In this document: piece after piece, positions 29,949 through 40,557 of the stretch
Numbering within the stretch: the stretch's first letter is position 1
How the letters are laid out: each line of letters starts with the position of its first letter
Assembly (NCBI GenBank): GCA_964393845.1
Contig: CAYMUX010000001.1
Span: 17,556 to 81,555, forward strand
Reading direction: 5' to 3'
DNA: 64,000 nt
Origin: an uncultured Nitrospiraceae bacterium
GTDB lineage: Bacteria > Nitrospirota > Thermodesulfovibrionia > UBA6902
Notes under the pieces: generated by a model
Databases searched by the model: none
Seen by the model: only the letters and a program-made list of their open reading frames with translations
Told to the model about the DNA's origin: nothing
Program-made: the position numbers and the translations under genes

Positions 29949-32039
29949 TTGATTAATACAAGCAACGTAAATGAGAAAAGATATATAAGAGATATAGTCT
30001 TATTATTTTTTATTACCTTTACCATTTATTATTATGCCCTGATCAGTTTTTTTGTGGCTGAAGACCTGGTATGGATTTCACTTTTTAATCAAGTTGGTCT
30101 TAAGGATTTTTTTAAACTATATACACCGTTATCAAAGATCCCGGAGCAAGGCCCGGAGGCATTTATCAGGATTGTGACTATTGGTTTATGGGCATTTGAT
30201 TTCAATGTCTGGGGGCAAAATCCTTTTGGTTATCATTTGACTAATGTCAGTCTTCATTTTATAAATTCAGCTCTGCTTTATTTTATCGTTTATAAAAGCT
30301 CTGGGAACAGGTCTCTCGGCTTGTCCTCAGCTGTTCTTTTTTCAATTTTTCCCGGCAATGTCGAAGCAGTTGCGTGGATATGTGGAAGATTTGATGTTTT
30401 CAGCATATTTTTCTACCTATCTTCTCTTCTTCTCTTCATCATGTTTATTAGAGAAAAGAAAAGAATATTCTATTTTGTTTCTCTAACTGCAGCTTGCTTA
30501 GCTATATTGAGTAAAGAAATTGCTTATACTATTCCCTTCTCTATAATTTTATGGGATAGTTTTTTTGGGAGAGAATTCCGTAATGAAAAGATTCGTCAGC
30601 GGCTGTACTGGTATCTTCCATATTTCATGATGATGATTATCGCCCTTATCTGGCGCCTCTTTATTTTTAACGATGTGGGAGGTTATGGGGATGCAACAGG
30701 GAAATCGCTTCAGTTAACGAGTTACTTTAATAGATGGATTCTTGAGGGTCTGCTTATTAATTTCCCTTTAAGACTTATAGCGCCTTTTAATTATCAGGCA
30801 AATCAGACATATTGGTGGTATTTAGTAATAATTTTTTTAGCGTTCTTCGGTATTTTAATATTCTCAGCTTTCTTAAAAAAGAACATTCCAAAGGGACTTA
30901 TATTTTCTATATTGTTTATCTTTGTATCTATTTCTCCGGTATATAATATGTTGAATGGCGTAAGCCGTAATCTTCAGAGTTCCCGATTTCTATATCTGCC
31001 CTCTGCAGGATTTTGCATGGCTGTCAGTTACTTAATATTTCATGCTTTTAATGATACCCGTCTGCAAAAGAAACTAAAAACTGCCTCATTTGTTTTTTTA
31101 ATCGTAATTTATTCAATCACTGCTTTTCAGAACATAAAAATCTGGCATGAGTCATCTGATCTAGTCAGAGAAGTAACGGTCCAGGTCAAGAAACTCCATC
31201 CTTCCGTATCCGGGGATGCGCAGTTATTTTATCTTTTGCCATATGACATAAAAGGCTGGGTAATACCATTTAGCCCTGGTACCAGGGAGGTTACTTCATA
31301 TGCTTACAACTATTGGAAACCTAAAGGCTCATATGAAAATCTAAAAGAGAATGGTAATTTTAGCGCGTATTCTAAAGCATTCATAGATCAATATGTCAGG
31401 AACTATCCATTTGCCTCAACCATGTTATTAAACTATAACAATAAGACGAGAAATGAAACAATGAACAGGAAAATCCACGTTTCCAAGCTGTTAAAACATA
31501 TAAATCCTGACTCAAAAAATTATTTTTTATTATGGGATAAAGAAGAGCGCAGGCTTATAGACATTAGCGAAGAGTTTATGAATAACTTTACATCAAGGAC
31601 ACCCGTGCAGATTGATCATTATTCGATTCTGGATATGAATAATTTTGTCTACTGGAATATAGAATCTTTAAATGTAGAGAATGATAAAAATAATTTAAAA
31701 ATAATGTCAAACGGCAAAGGTATAAAACTGTCACGGTCCTTTCAAAATATTAATCCTCTGGATTTTGAGGAGATTGAAATAAAGGCCGGCGGCCATAGTA
31801 ATGGAAGAAAGCTTACAGCAATATTATCGTGGAATCAAACCAGGCCTGACAATTTATATGATAAGAAAGAATATCAGTTTGAGATTGTTATGGACAATGA
31901 ATTGAGAAGTTATCGGTTTAATTTAATAGATAATCTGGATTGGGCATTTGAAACAAATATCAGGGATATTGTTCTATCAACGAGCGATTTCGATGGGAAT
32001 TTGAGTATAGAGTGGATCAGGTTTAATAATAATATATGA
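29949..32039 (+). CDS. TMTC/DUF1736-like GT-C membrane glycosyltransferase
   Basis: NPFGYHLTNVSLHFINSALLYF ... PGNVEAVAWICGRFDV block characteristic of the DUF1736/PMT_2 region of TMTC-type O-mannosyltransferases. About 10 TM helices plus a C-terminal soluble domain of about 300 aa. TTG start. Confidence 0.55.
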   Translation: MINTSNVNEKRYIRDIVLLFFITFTIYYYALISFFVAEDLVWISLFNQVGLKDFFKLYTPLSKIPEQGPEAFIRIVTIGLWAFDFNVWGQNPFGYHLTNVSLHFINSALLYFIVYKSSGNRSLGLSSAVLFSIFPGNVEAVAWICGRFDVFSIFFYLSSLLLFIMFIREKKRIFYFVSLTAACLAILSKEIAYTIPFSIILWDSFFGREFRNEKIRQRLYWYLPYFMMMIIALIWRLFIFNDVGGYGDATGKSLQLTSYFNRWILEGLLINFPLRLIAPFNYQANQTYWWYLVIIFLAFFGILIFSAFLKKNIPKGLIFSILFIFVSISPVYNMLNGVSRNLQSSRFLYLPSAGFCMAVSYLIFHAFNDTRLQKKLKTASFVFLIVIYSITAFQNIKIWHESSDLVREVTVQVKKLHPSVSGDAQLFYLLPYDIKGWVIPFSPGTREVTSYAYNYWKPKGSYENLKENGNFSAYSKAFIDQYVRNYPFASTMLLNYNNKTRNETMNRKIHVSKLLKHINPDSKNYFLLWDKEERRLIDISEEFMNNFTSRTPVQIDHYSILDMNNFVYWNIESLNVENDKNNLKIMSNGKGIKLSRSFQNINPLDFEEIEIKAGGHSNGRKLTAILSWNQTRPDNLYDKKEYQFEIVMDNELRSYRFNLIDNLDWAFETNIRDIVLSTSDFDGNLSIEWIRFNNNI

Positions 32040-33925
32040 TGACACTAGATATAGAAAAAGAAAAATCAGGAAAAGATATTATTACAGCCATTACTATTGG
32101 TTTGATACTGGGCGTTTGTTTAGGAATCCTGGGTAGCTTTATCTCAATTTATTCTAACCGTTATTTTGAACAGGAAATGTATAAATTGATGCTGGATACA
32201 GTAGTATTTAATATTAATCTCAGTAGCGGATTTACTGTTTTTGTGTTCATGATGGCTGTTATTATTAAAATTTATTTTAAGAAAGATTTTCTCCAAAGAA
32301 GCGCTGTTACTTTTATAATTTTGAACCTGATATTCTTTCTCATTTTACATTATATAAAATCGGCGGAATTTCCCGACTTCATAGGAAACAGCAGCAATTT
32401 AGCTTATATGCTTATGGTTCCAATTCTTTCTTTGATAACTCTGTTAATTATATTGCTGATTCCCAGACTGATAGAGTATTTGGAGAATAAGAATATTCCA
32501 TCCATACGCTTCTCTCGCGTAAGGTGTATCGTAGTAGCAGCAACGTCTATTATATTAATAAACAGTTTTTATTATTTTATTCATTATAAGCAGAGGGAAC
32601 AGTGGCCGAATATTATTTTTATAAATATTGATACATTGAGGGCGGATCATTTAAGCGCATATGGATATTTCAGGGAAACAAGCCCGAATATAGATAGTTT
32701 TTCCACTCAGGGTGTATTATTTGAAAATACGGTAGTCGAAGCCCCTTTTACGATGGTTTCGGTTGCTTCACTATTTACTTCCCAATATCCATATACGCAC
32801 GGTGTCAGAGATCATCCGGACGTCAGAAATCATACATTAAATAAACAGAGTCTGACACTTGCCGAAGTACTGAATAATGCAGGATATGTTACTGCGGGTA
32901 TTACAGCCAACTCTCTTATTTCTCCCCAAAAGGGGTACGACCAGGGCTTTAATGTATATAAATATGCGGATATTGCCTCGGATGTCAATAATAAAAGTAT
33001 TAAATGGTTAAATAAGAACTTTCAAAAAAAGTTCTTCCTCTATATCCACTATATTGATCCTCACCTTGCATATGCTCCTCCCAATGAACATATTCAAACT
33101 TTTGATAAGGATTATGAAGGTGAGTTTAAATACAGCTTCCAAAGACCGATCAAGGATAAAATATTCGTTAGCGATCTGTCGGAAAGAGACTTTAATCATG
33201 CTATAGCCCTCTATGATGAGGAAATAAAATACACGGATTCTCAGATCGGGATTTTGCTTGTCAAGATAAAAGAATTGGGAATTTTCGATAATTCAATTAT
33301 TATTATCACTGCAGACCACGGAGAGAGCCTTGGGGAACATGGTGTTTATTTTGCGCATGATTTTTATTTATATGACCCAATGGTAAGAGTCCCTTTAATT
33401 ATCAAATTTCCGAATAACCAATATAAAAATAAAAAAATTAATGATGTAGTTCGAGTGATAGATATTATGCCCTCAATTTTGGATATTGCTCATATATCCA
33501 GTGCAAATATATATCAAGGGGTAAGTTTAGTGCCGACGATCAGTGAGGGGAAAAAAATGAATTTCTACGCTTATGCGGAATCATGCTCTTATAGACCTAA
33601 TTATGGATTTACTATTCCTATGGAGCAGCAGCGCTTTTACCTGCCCGGTATAAAGGGGAAAACAAGAATGGTGAGAAACGGAAAATGGAAACTAATCTAT
33701 ATCCCCGGGCGTACAGGAAGATTATTTGAACTTTATAATATTGAAGAGGACCCACATGAATTAAACAATATTTTAGATAATCACCCGGAAACCTTTCAGC
33801 AGTTAAAGCAGAATCTATTTGAATTTCTTGAAAAGGACACGCTGGAGTACGAAGATTACATTAACCCTAAAAAAATTGATCGGGGCACATTGGATGTTCT
33901 TAAGTCATTGGGTTACATAAAATAA
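32036..33925 (+). CDS. Membrane-anchored sulfatase-fold transferase with C-terminal LKSLGYIK tail
   Basis: Multi-TM N-terminus. NIIFINIDTLRADH. TSPNIDSF. Nucleophile region FTMVSVASLFTS. TADHGESLGEHG. Confidence 0.75.
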   Translation: MMTLDIEKEKSGKDIITAITIGLILGVCLGILGSFISIYSNRYFEQEMYKLMLDTVVFNINLSSGFTVFVFMMAVIIKIYFKKDFLQRSAVTFIILNLIFFLILHYIKSAEFPDFIGNSSNLAYMLMVPILSLITLLIILLIPRLIEYLENKNIPSIRFSRVRCIVVAATSIILINSFYYFIHYKQREQWPNIIFINIDTLRADHLSAYGYFRETSPNIDSFSTQGVLFENTVVEAPFTMVSVASLFTSQYPYTHGVRDHPDVRNHTLNKQSLTLAEVLNNAGYVTAGITANSLISPQKGYDQGFNVYKYADIASDVNNKSIKWLNKNFQKKFFLYIHYIDPHLAYAPPNEHIQTFDKDYEGEFKYSFQRPIKDKIFVSDLSERDFNHAIALYDEEIKYTDSQIGILLVKIKELGIFDNSIIIITADHGESLGEHGVYFAHDFYLYDPMVRVPLIIKFPNNQYKNKKINDVVRVIDIMPSILDIAHISSANIYQGVSLVPTISEGKKMNFYAYAESCSYRPNYGFTIPMEQQRFYLPGIKGKTRMVRNGKWKLIYIPGRTGRLFELYNIEEDPHELNNILDNHPETFQQLKQNLFEFLEKDTLEYEDYINPKKIDRGTLDVLKSLGYIK

Positions 33926-34054
33926 TATATGGATTAATATCATGCCCCTGATAAACAAAGACACATTATTCTCCATCTCATAATTGCATATGTCCCACTG
34001 TTTGAAATAAGAGAGGCTGAAGATACCTGCTTAATTCGGTAATATCGAGTCAAT

Positions 34055-36172
34055 ATGAAACATATAAGCCATAGATTGCTGTGCGGATTGGTATTGGGAG
34101 TTATATATTATTTGGCTGAAGTAATATGGAATTTATCATTCGACAGACTTAATGTTGATGTTGTTCCGCTGATGACTGCCTTATTGATATATGCTGCCGG
34201 CTTCGGCCTTTTGGGTTTAATCGGAACCACAGGACTTGAATTGGTTTTCGGTTTAAAGGAGAAGATTGATAATTTCAGAGCCATTCAATGCGCGTGGATA
34301 ACCACTGCTATCGCAAATGCTTTTTTCGGAGGTAGTTACCTGATATTCAAGGTCTTCTTCTTTTCCTCCGGAATAAATAAAATCATTATCATTACAGTAC
34401 TGAGCTGTCTCACGGCGGTTTCATGTTACTTGCTTTACTATCTGATTAATAAATTTTTTATTAAAAAAGCAGACTATTTTAAGACAGTTCATTATTCCAC
34501 TCTTCTTTCGGCCAATATTTTTATGCTGATGGCCATTAAAGTGAATCTTGAATTAAGGACCCCTCCCTGGTCTTCCGGTAATCTGTTCCGGGATTTTATT
34601 ATATTACTTGTGAGTTCGGCTATAGGCGGGGTATGTTTTTTAATCTTAAGAAGTTTCGCAAAGGGGATGCCAAAACTACGGTTAAGCTTAATAATAATCA
34701 TAATGGTATCTGCTGGAATTGTTATATATTCTCTTTATGGTAAAGTTACAAATAATAAATCTATTGGCAGACAGGCTGATAAAATCTTGTCTAAGAATGT
34801 CAGTCCAGTCACTCCTGTTATCTTGATTACTTTAGATACATTGCGTGCTGACCACCTGGGTGTTTACGGATATGGGAGAGAAACGAGCCCGAATATTGAC
34901 AGGTTTGCCAAGGACGGGGTGCTTTGGGAAAATGCAATCGTTCAAGTTCCTCTGACGCGACCTTCTCATTTCTCCATACTATCCGGGAGATATCCTTCAT
35001 CTCATGGTTTGCTTGATAACTTCAGTGCGACACCTGAAAATGTACCATTATTGTCTAATATTTTGGGAGTAAACGGCTATGAGACGGCAGCATTTGTCAG
35101 CGCCGCTGTTTTAAATTCGAGCTTTAATACAAAGCTTGGGTTCCAGGTGTATTCCGACCGGATTGAAAATGTTGTTTTCGATAACAGCTTTTTGCTGGTT
35201 TTCAGTTTAAGAAAGATAGAGGTCATTAGCCGGATAAAGGCCGAGAACAGCGCCAGTGAGACTAATAAAAAGGTTTTTACATGGTTAAAAGAAAATGAGA
35301 AAGGTCCCTTTTTCATGTGGGTGCATTACTTTGATCCTCACACTCCTTATAGTCCTGATCCATCTTTCAGAAAAATGTTCACTGATAGCGATTATGACAT
35401 ACAGAAATATTATAGCTACGAGTGGGAGAAGGAGAATTACGACAGCGTGCAGAAAAAAGTGCATATTGACGAAAAAATTACTCACTATGCTGTTGCTCTG
35501 TATGATGCAGAAATTAGAACTTTAGATAATGAATTGGGCAGTTTGTTTAATCAATTAAAGGAGTTGAAACTGTATGAAAGAAGCTTGATTATATTAACCG
35601 CAGATCATGGAGAGAGTTTTGATCACGGATATTATTTTGATCATGGGGACCGACTCTATGAGGGGCTGATCCGGGTACCTCTAATCATAAAGTTCCCCAA
35701 AGAAAAATGGCAGGGTAAGACAATAGAGACACAGGTTAAGTCCATTGATATTGCCCCGACGATTATAGAATATCTATCTTTAAAACATTCTGAAAAAATG
35801 GATGGTAAAAGTATGATCTCACAGGCCTCAAATAATGATAATAATTTACCGGTGGAGACGAGTTACGCCTATTCTCAAACCCCTTATCAGGGATTTTTCT
35901 ATTACAAGGCAAAAGAACTGCAATCTATCAGGAGCAACAAATGGAAGTACATTTATGATGTCAGGACAGGGGCGCCGGAACTTTACGATATTAATTCTGA
36001 CCCCGGTGAACAAAATAATTTTGCTTCTTCCCGGCCGGATATCCTGAAGGAATTCAATTCAGAGTTGTTAAACTTTACTAATAGTATTAATAAAGATAAC
36101 GGCAGATCGAAAACTATAGAGATAGATAGTACAACAAAGGACCAGTTGAAAAGCCTCGGTTATATTAAATGA
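34055..36172 (+). CDS. Membrane-anchored sulfatase-fold transferase with C-terminal LKSLGYIK tail
   Basis: Multi-TM N-terminus. ILITLDTLRADH. TSPNIDRFA. Nucleophile region PLTRPSHFSILSG (T-x-P-x-H). TADHGESF. Confidence 0.75.
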   Translation: MKHISHRLLCGLVLGVIYYLAEVIWNLSFDRLNVDVVPLMTALLIYAAGFGLLGLIGTTGLELVFGLKEKIDNFRAIQCAWITTAIANAFFGGSYLIFKVFFFSSGINKIIIITVLSCLTAVSCYLLYYLINKFFIKKADYFKTVHYSTLLSANIFMLMAIKVNLELRTPPWSSGNLFRDFIILLVSSAIGGVCFLILRSFAKGMPKLRLSLIIIIMVSAGIVIYSLYGKVTNNKSIGRQADKILSKNVSPVTPVILITLDTLRADHLGVYGYGRETSPNIDRFAKDGVLWENAIVQVPLTRPSHFSILSGRYPSSHGLLDNFSATPENVPLLSNILGVNGYETAAFVSAAVLNSSFNTKLGFQVYSDRIENVVFDNSFLLVFSLRKIEVISRIKAENSASETNKKVFTWLKENEKGPFFMWVHYFDPHTPYSPDPSFRKMFTDSDYDIQKYYSYEWEKENYDSVQKKVHIDEKITHYAVALYDAEIRTLDNELGSLFNQLKELKLYERSLIILTADHGESFDHGYYFDHGDRLYEGLIRVPLIIKFPKEKWQGKTIETQVKSIDIAPTIIEYLSLKHSEKMDGKSMISQASNNDNNLPVETSYAYSQTPYQGFFYYKAKELQSIRSNKWKYIYDVRTGAPELYDINSDPGEQNNFASSRPDILKEFNSELLNFTNSINKDNGRSKTIEIDSTTKDQLKSLGYIK

Positions 36173-36227
36173 CATCATACGATCAGCAGTTTTTCTTTAT
36201 GATCGTAAATCGAAAGCAGTGAAATAG

Positions 36228-38390
36228 ATGAAATTAGAGAAATTGAGCTTCAGAAAAAATTTGTACTCCGGTGCAATACATGGTGCAGTCGCCTGGATAA
36301 TTTACGGGATAGTGGAATGTTTATTTTCGACTATCTTGCCATGGCTGACCAAACCTCATTATGACTATATTCCAATGCACTGGGGTTTTGCGTTTTTATT
36401 GTTATTCGTGATTTATCCCCTTATCGGTTCAATCCTGGGAGGATTATTGGCATTAGTTTTATCTAAAGCAGGGGGGAAGGTCAATTTTCTTCGGGAAAAT
36501 CACATTGAAGGTTTATATCAGTCGGCGGCGGTATTAACGGTCGTTTTGGTATTTTCCGTAAACCTTATCATTCAATTACCCTTAGATGACCTTTCTGTGC
36601 TGCTTGCTTTGTTAATGGCCGTCATATTTACAGTCGCGATTATAATGAGCTTACTCTCGAATAATAATTTCAAGAAGCTTCGATTCCTAACGAATCCCTG
36701 GGTCACGAGTTTATCACTGATCGGATTGCTCTGGGTAAGCAAGGAATTATTGAGAGACCATTCTGTTACCTTCAAAGCTGTTGTAGTCCCGGTTTATCTA
36801 TTTATATGCTTTTTTGTTTCATCTTTAATTCAGAAAAAGATTAATGCGAAAGGATTTAGAGAATCTTCAGACAAAAAGCCTGCAATATCAATCAGCTATT
36901 TTGCCTTCCTCATGGCTGCTTCATTAATACTTATTTGTACAAGTTTAATTATGATCCAGAGCCCTATCAGGACAAAGTGGAGTGTTAAATCGTCCCATAA
37001 AGATCGAGAACGTCCTAACGTAATATTGATATCCATGGATACAGTACGTGCAGACCATCTCTCTTTATACGGATACGAAAGGGACACGACTCCGAATCTC
37101 AAAAAGTTTGCGGAAGAGGCTACCTTATATACCCATGCAGTATCTTCAGGGGACATGACCTTAACTTCTCATGCGTCTATTTTTACTGGTATGTATGCAA
37201 GACAGCATGGAGCACATCGTGAGCCGCCTGATTATGTGGCTGGCCGGCCGTTAGATGAAAAGTTTCATACACTGGCGGAAAAACTGTCTGAAAACGGCTA
37301 TCTTACAATAGGAGTTGTATCAAATTACTCTTATCTTGGAAAGGGTTTTTATCTTGATCAGGGATTCAACTATTACGATTATCGGACACAGGTTCCGTTT
37401 ATTGGAAGAGCACATCAATATTATCTCAGACAAAATATTCGTGAAGCCGCGAAATATTATGCCCCTCCTTCCCTGTATGAGGAAACGCGCTCTGCGGAAG
37501 ACATAAATAATGAAGTTTTCAAGCTCGTTGATAAAGTAAAAAAAGAGAATGCTCCGTTCTTCCTTTTTGTCAATTACATGGACGCACACTGGCCATATAT
37601 CCCCCCTCCTCCGTTCGATTCTTTGTACCCGGGCAAGAAAGGGGTTTTTACTTTATCCCATTATCTGCGACTTAAAAAACAAGTTATGAATTTTGAGCGC
37701 AATATTACAGAGGAAGAACAGCGCCATCTGATATCGCAATATGACGGTGGTATTGCTTACATCGACTTTCAAATCAGAGAATTATGTCAGCGACTGAAAG
37801 AAGCAGGTTTATATCAGAACTCTATCATAATTATTACGTCAGACCATGGTGAGGCTTTTGGGGACAGGAATTTGATGGAACACGGGGTGTCCGTATATCA
37901 GGACCTTGTTTATGTGCCCCTGATTATCAAATATCCGTACCAGAAAAATAACAAAGTAATTGATGAACCTGTCAGTGTTACCGATATTATGCCGACTGTC
38001 CTGGAAGTCCTTGGATACAAAATACCTGAAGACGTCCAGGGAAATAGTTTGTTGAGTAATTCACGCGAAAGGTCATTAAGTGTTGTGAGCGAATCATTTT
38101 TTAAAGAAAAAGGGATCAGGTATAACTCAAGATTTGACCGTATTGAACGTGCAATATATTCCGGCTCTCTTAAATATATCAGTTCCACAACAGGAAAAAG
38201 GGAGCTTTACGATCTTCTTAAGGACCCTAAAGAGAGGGAAAACATATACAATTCTGATAGCAGCATATCTAAGGATTTTGAGAACAGACTTAACCAATGG
38301 CTTGAAATGAATGTTTATAAAGCCGGATCAACCACGGAATTAAAACAAGAAGTTATTGATCGCCTTAAGACATTGGGTTATATCCAGTGA
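36228..38390 (+). CDS. Membrane-anchored sulfatase-fold transferase with C-terminal LKTLGYIQ tail
   Basis: Multi-TM N-terminus. NVILISMDTVRADH. TTPNLKKFA. Nucleophile region DMTLTSHASIFTG. TSDHGEAF. Confidence 0.75.
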   Translation: MKLEKLSFRKNLYSGAIHGAVAWIIYGIVECLFSTILPWLTKPHYDYIPMHWGFAFLLLFVIYPLIGSILGGLLALVLSKAGGKVNFLRENHIEGLYQSAAVLTVVLVFSVNLIIQLPLDDLSVLLALLMAVIFTVAIIMSLLSNNNFKKLRFLTNPWVTSLSLIGLLWVSKELLRDHSVTFKAVVVPVYLFICFFVSSLIQKKINAKGFRESSDKKPAISISYFAFLMAASLILICTSLIMIQSPIRTKWSVKSSHKDRERPNVILISMDTVRADHLSLYGYERDTTPNLKKFAEEATLYTHAVSSGDMTLTSHASIFTGMYARQHGAHREPPDYVAGRPLDEKFHTLAEKLSENGYLTIGVVSNYSYLGKGFYLDQGFNYYDYRTQVPFIGRAHQYYLRQNIREAAKYYAPPSLYEETRSAEDINNEVFKLVDKVKKENAPFFLFVNYMDAHWPYIPPPPFDSLYPGKKGVFTLSHYLRLKKQVMNFERNITEEEQRHLISQYDGGIAYIDFQIRELCQRLKEAGLYQNSIIIITSDHGEAFGDRNLMEHGVSVYQDLVYVPLIIKYPYQKNNKVIDEPVSVTDIMPTVLEVLGYKIPEDVQGNSLLSNSRERSLSVVSESFFKEKGIRYNSRFDRIERAIYSGSLKYISSTTGKRELYDLLKDPKERENIYNSDSSISKDFENRLNQWLEMNVYKAGSTTELKQEVIDRLKTLGYIQ

Positions 38391-38462
38391 TGTTATCTGT
38401 GCGGACATTGATATGGTCAGGCAGTTTTTGCTTCGGGTTTTCCTCCTCTATGAAAGTTCTTC

Positions 38463-40526
38463 ATGACAGCTAAAAAATCTTTCATTTTACTCCAGCGAAT
38501 AATTTTTGTTTCATTTACATTAATATTCCTGAAAGTCGCTTTTTATAAATGGGATGGATATTCCTTTTATATGCGGTTTACAGATTTTCTGCCTGACCTG
38601 TCATTATCATTCATATTGTGGACAATCCCAGGCGTTTTTATTGCCTTTTTCTTATGGCTCATCGCATATGGAATTCACAAAACAATAAAAAGCGTTCCGC
38701 TTGAATACTCGATTGCCTGGATTATTATTATTATTATATTAACTGCAATCAGGCACATTTTCTTTGTTGACAGATTTAATAATAGCTTGACTGGTCTAAA
38801 TGATTTCACAACTTTGTTGATAAGCGGCATTTTATCAGGAGTTATTGTTTTCTTAATCAATAAACATACCGAAGCATTTCTCTCCGGGGTAAATACTCGC
38901 ATAACTCCTTTGGTCTGGCTTTTTGCTGTATTATTGGTAATTGCGTTGCCTTGCTCCGGATGGAGTGTCTTCAGAAAAGAACCTCCAACAGATAAGTACT
39001 TTAAGGATGACAGCGCTCATGCTTCTGGTCTCAATAAAAAAAGTCCCAATATAATTCTGGTAACATGGGATGCTTTAACTGCACTAGATATGGATTTGTA
39101 TGGATATGATAGACCTACCACGCCTTTTCTGTCTGAATGGGCCAAAGATGCGGTTGTATTTAAGCGGGCTTATTCTGCATCCAACTGGACAGTACCAGCC
39201 TCTATGAGTTTAATGACCGGACAAAGGGTCTGGACGCATAAGGTGTGGTATGATGCTTTAAATTCTCCAGTCAAAAATTATGCGAACAATTTACCTCATA
39301 TTTTGAAGGAAAACGGATACAATATTTATGGTTTAGTCCAGAATCCTCATGCTCACCCCGATACTTTAGGGATAGGACCAAATTTTTTAACAAAAGATCA
39401 TGCAACTAAATTTAATAAATTTTTAATCAGAGGTGAGTTTCATAGTATTAAAAAGTTTTTTGAAAAGAGGCCTATCATTATTAAATTTATGAAGAAATAC
39501 CCTTTTATATTTATTATGAAGAATGTTAAAAACCTGACTGAAAGAACTAATATGAAACAGTTTAAAAGTAATTTCATTGAAAGCGAAAAGAGAATCCAGA
39601 ATCAGCAATTAATTCAAAATACCGATGACAATCCCCGGAATGCGTATCCTCCGAAATTGGTCTATAATCGGTTTTTAAGATACATTTCATCTGGAAGTCA
39701 AAGGGCTGATGATAAACAGCTGCACAAACCTTTTTTTGCATGGCTTCATCTTTATCCTCCCCACGAGCCGTATCTTCCCCCGGAATCATACAGAGGTATA
39801 TTCGGTGGAGAAAGCAGTAAACCCGCTGATCTGAAATATACAGATGCGCCGGAAGACTTTGAGTATAAGCCTGAAGATCAACCGAGAGTAGATGCGTTAA
39901 GAAAGCGTTATGATGAATTCATATTATATTCGGACGAACAATTCAGGATTTTCATAAAGAGCCTCTCAAGAAAGATGGATTTATCCAACACGATAATTAT
40001 TTTCTCCGCAGATCATGGAGAAAGTTTCTCTCATGGGTATAAGGGGCATGTCGGTGATTATCTTTTTGAACAACTTGTTCATGTGCCGTTAATAATCAAA
40101 ATTCCAGGTGAAATTCCCGGTAAAGTAATAAATATGCCTGTTGAGCAGATAGACATTGCCCCGACTATTCTTGACCTGGCGGGTATTGCTGTTCCCCCCT
40201 GGATGGAAGGAAGATCTTTGTATCCCTTGATTGAAGGCAAATCACTGGAGCCCCGGCCCCTATTTTCAATGCAGCTTATTAAGAATCGATCCTTTGGTCA
40301 GCCGATTTCTACGGGTACTATATCGATATGGTATGGAGACTATAAGCTTATTTATTACTTAAAAAATAAAAAATCACTGCTCTTTAACCTCAGAGCTGAT
40401 CCTGAAGAAATACAAAATATATTTAACGATGAACCCGAGACAGCGAACAGGCTTTTGAAATTAATAGAAGTCAATCTTTCAGGCGCTAATAATAAGATTA
40501 CACAGTTCATTGAATATAATAATTAG
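38463..40526 (+). CDS. Divergent membrane-anchored sulfatase-fold protein (metal site altered, no LGY tail)
   Basis: Multi-TM N-terminus. NIILVTWDALTALDMD replaces the DTLRADH block. TTPFL. NWTVPASMSLMTG. SADHGESF. Ends ...FIEYNN. Confidence 0.65.
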   Translation: MTAKKSFILLQRIIFVSFTLIFLKVAFYKWDGYSFYMRFTDFLPDLSLSFILWTIPGVFIAFFLWLIAYGIHKTIKSVPLEYSIAWIIIIIILTAIRHIFFVDRFNNSLTGLNDFTTLLISGILSGVIVFLINKHTEAFLSGVNTRITPLVWLFAVLLVIALPCSGWSVFRKEPPTDKYFKDDSAHASGLNKKSPNIILVTWDALTALDMDLYGYDRPTTPFLSEWAKDAVVFKRAYSASNWTVPASMSLMTGQRVWTHKVWYDALNSPVKNYANNLPHILKENGYNIYGLVQNPHAHPDTLGIGPNFLTKDHATKFNKFLIRGEFHSIKKFFEKRPIIIKFMKKYPFIFIMKNVKNLTERTNMKQFKSNFIESEKRIQNQQLIQNTDDNPRNAYPPKLVYNRFLRYISSGSQRADDKQLHKPFFAWLHLYPPHEPYLPPESYRGIFGGESSKPADLKYTDAPEDFEYKPEDQPRVDALRKRYDEFILYSDEQFRIFIKSLSRKMDLSNTIIIFSADHGESFSHGYKGHVGDYLFEQLVHVPLIIKIPGEIPGKVINMPVEQIDIAPTILDLAGIAVPPWMEGRSLYPLIEGKSLEPRPLFSMQLIKNRSFGQPISTGTISIWYGDYKLIYYLKNKKSLLFNLRADPEEIQNIFNDEPETANRLLKLIEVNLSGANNKITQFIEYNN

Positions 40527-40557
40527 GGTAAATCGATTGGCAGGAAGATAATCAATC

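Noticed and set aside
33926-34054. Largest intergenic gap, examined for a rho-independent terminator or internal promoter
   Set aside because: There is no convincing GC-rich hairpin followed by a T-tract, only weak -10-like hexamers (TAATAT at about 34040). The evidence is insufficient to call a regulatory feature.
18438-40526. Possibility that the sulfatase-fold genes are formylglycine-type arylsulfatases matured by the locus radical SAM (anSME-like) enzyme
   Set aside because: None of the six has the C/S-x-P-x-R formylglycine motif. The aligned position carries Thr followed by non-Arg residues. The polytopic N-terminal membrane domain is also typical of LtaS/EptA-like transferases, not arylsulfatases.
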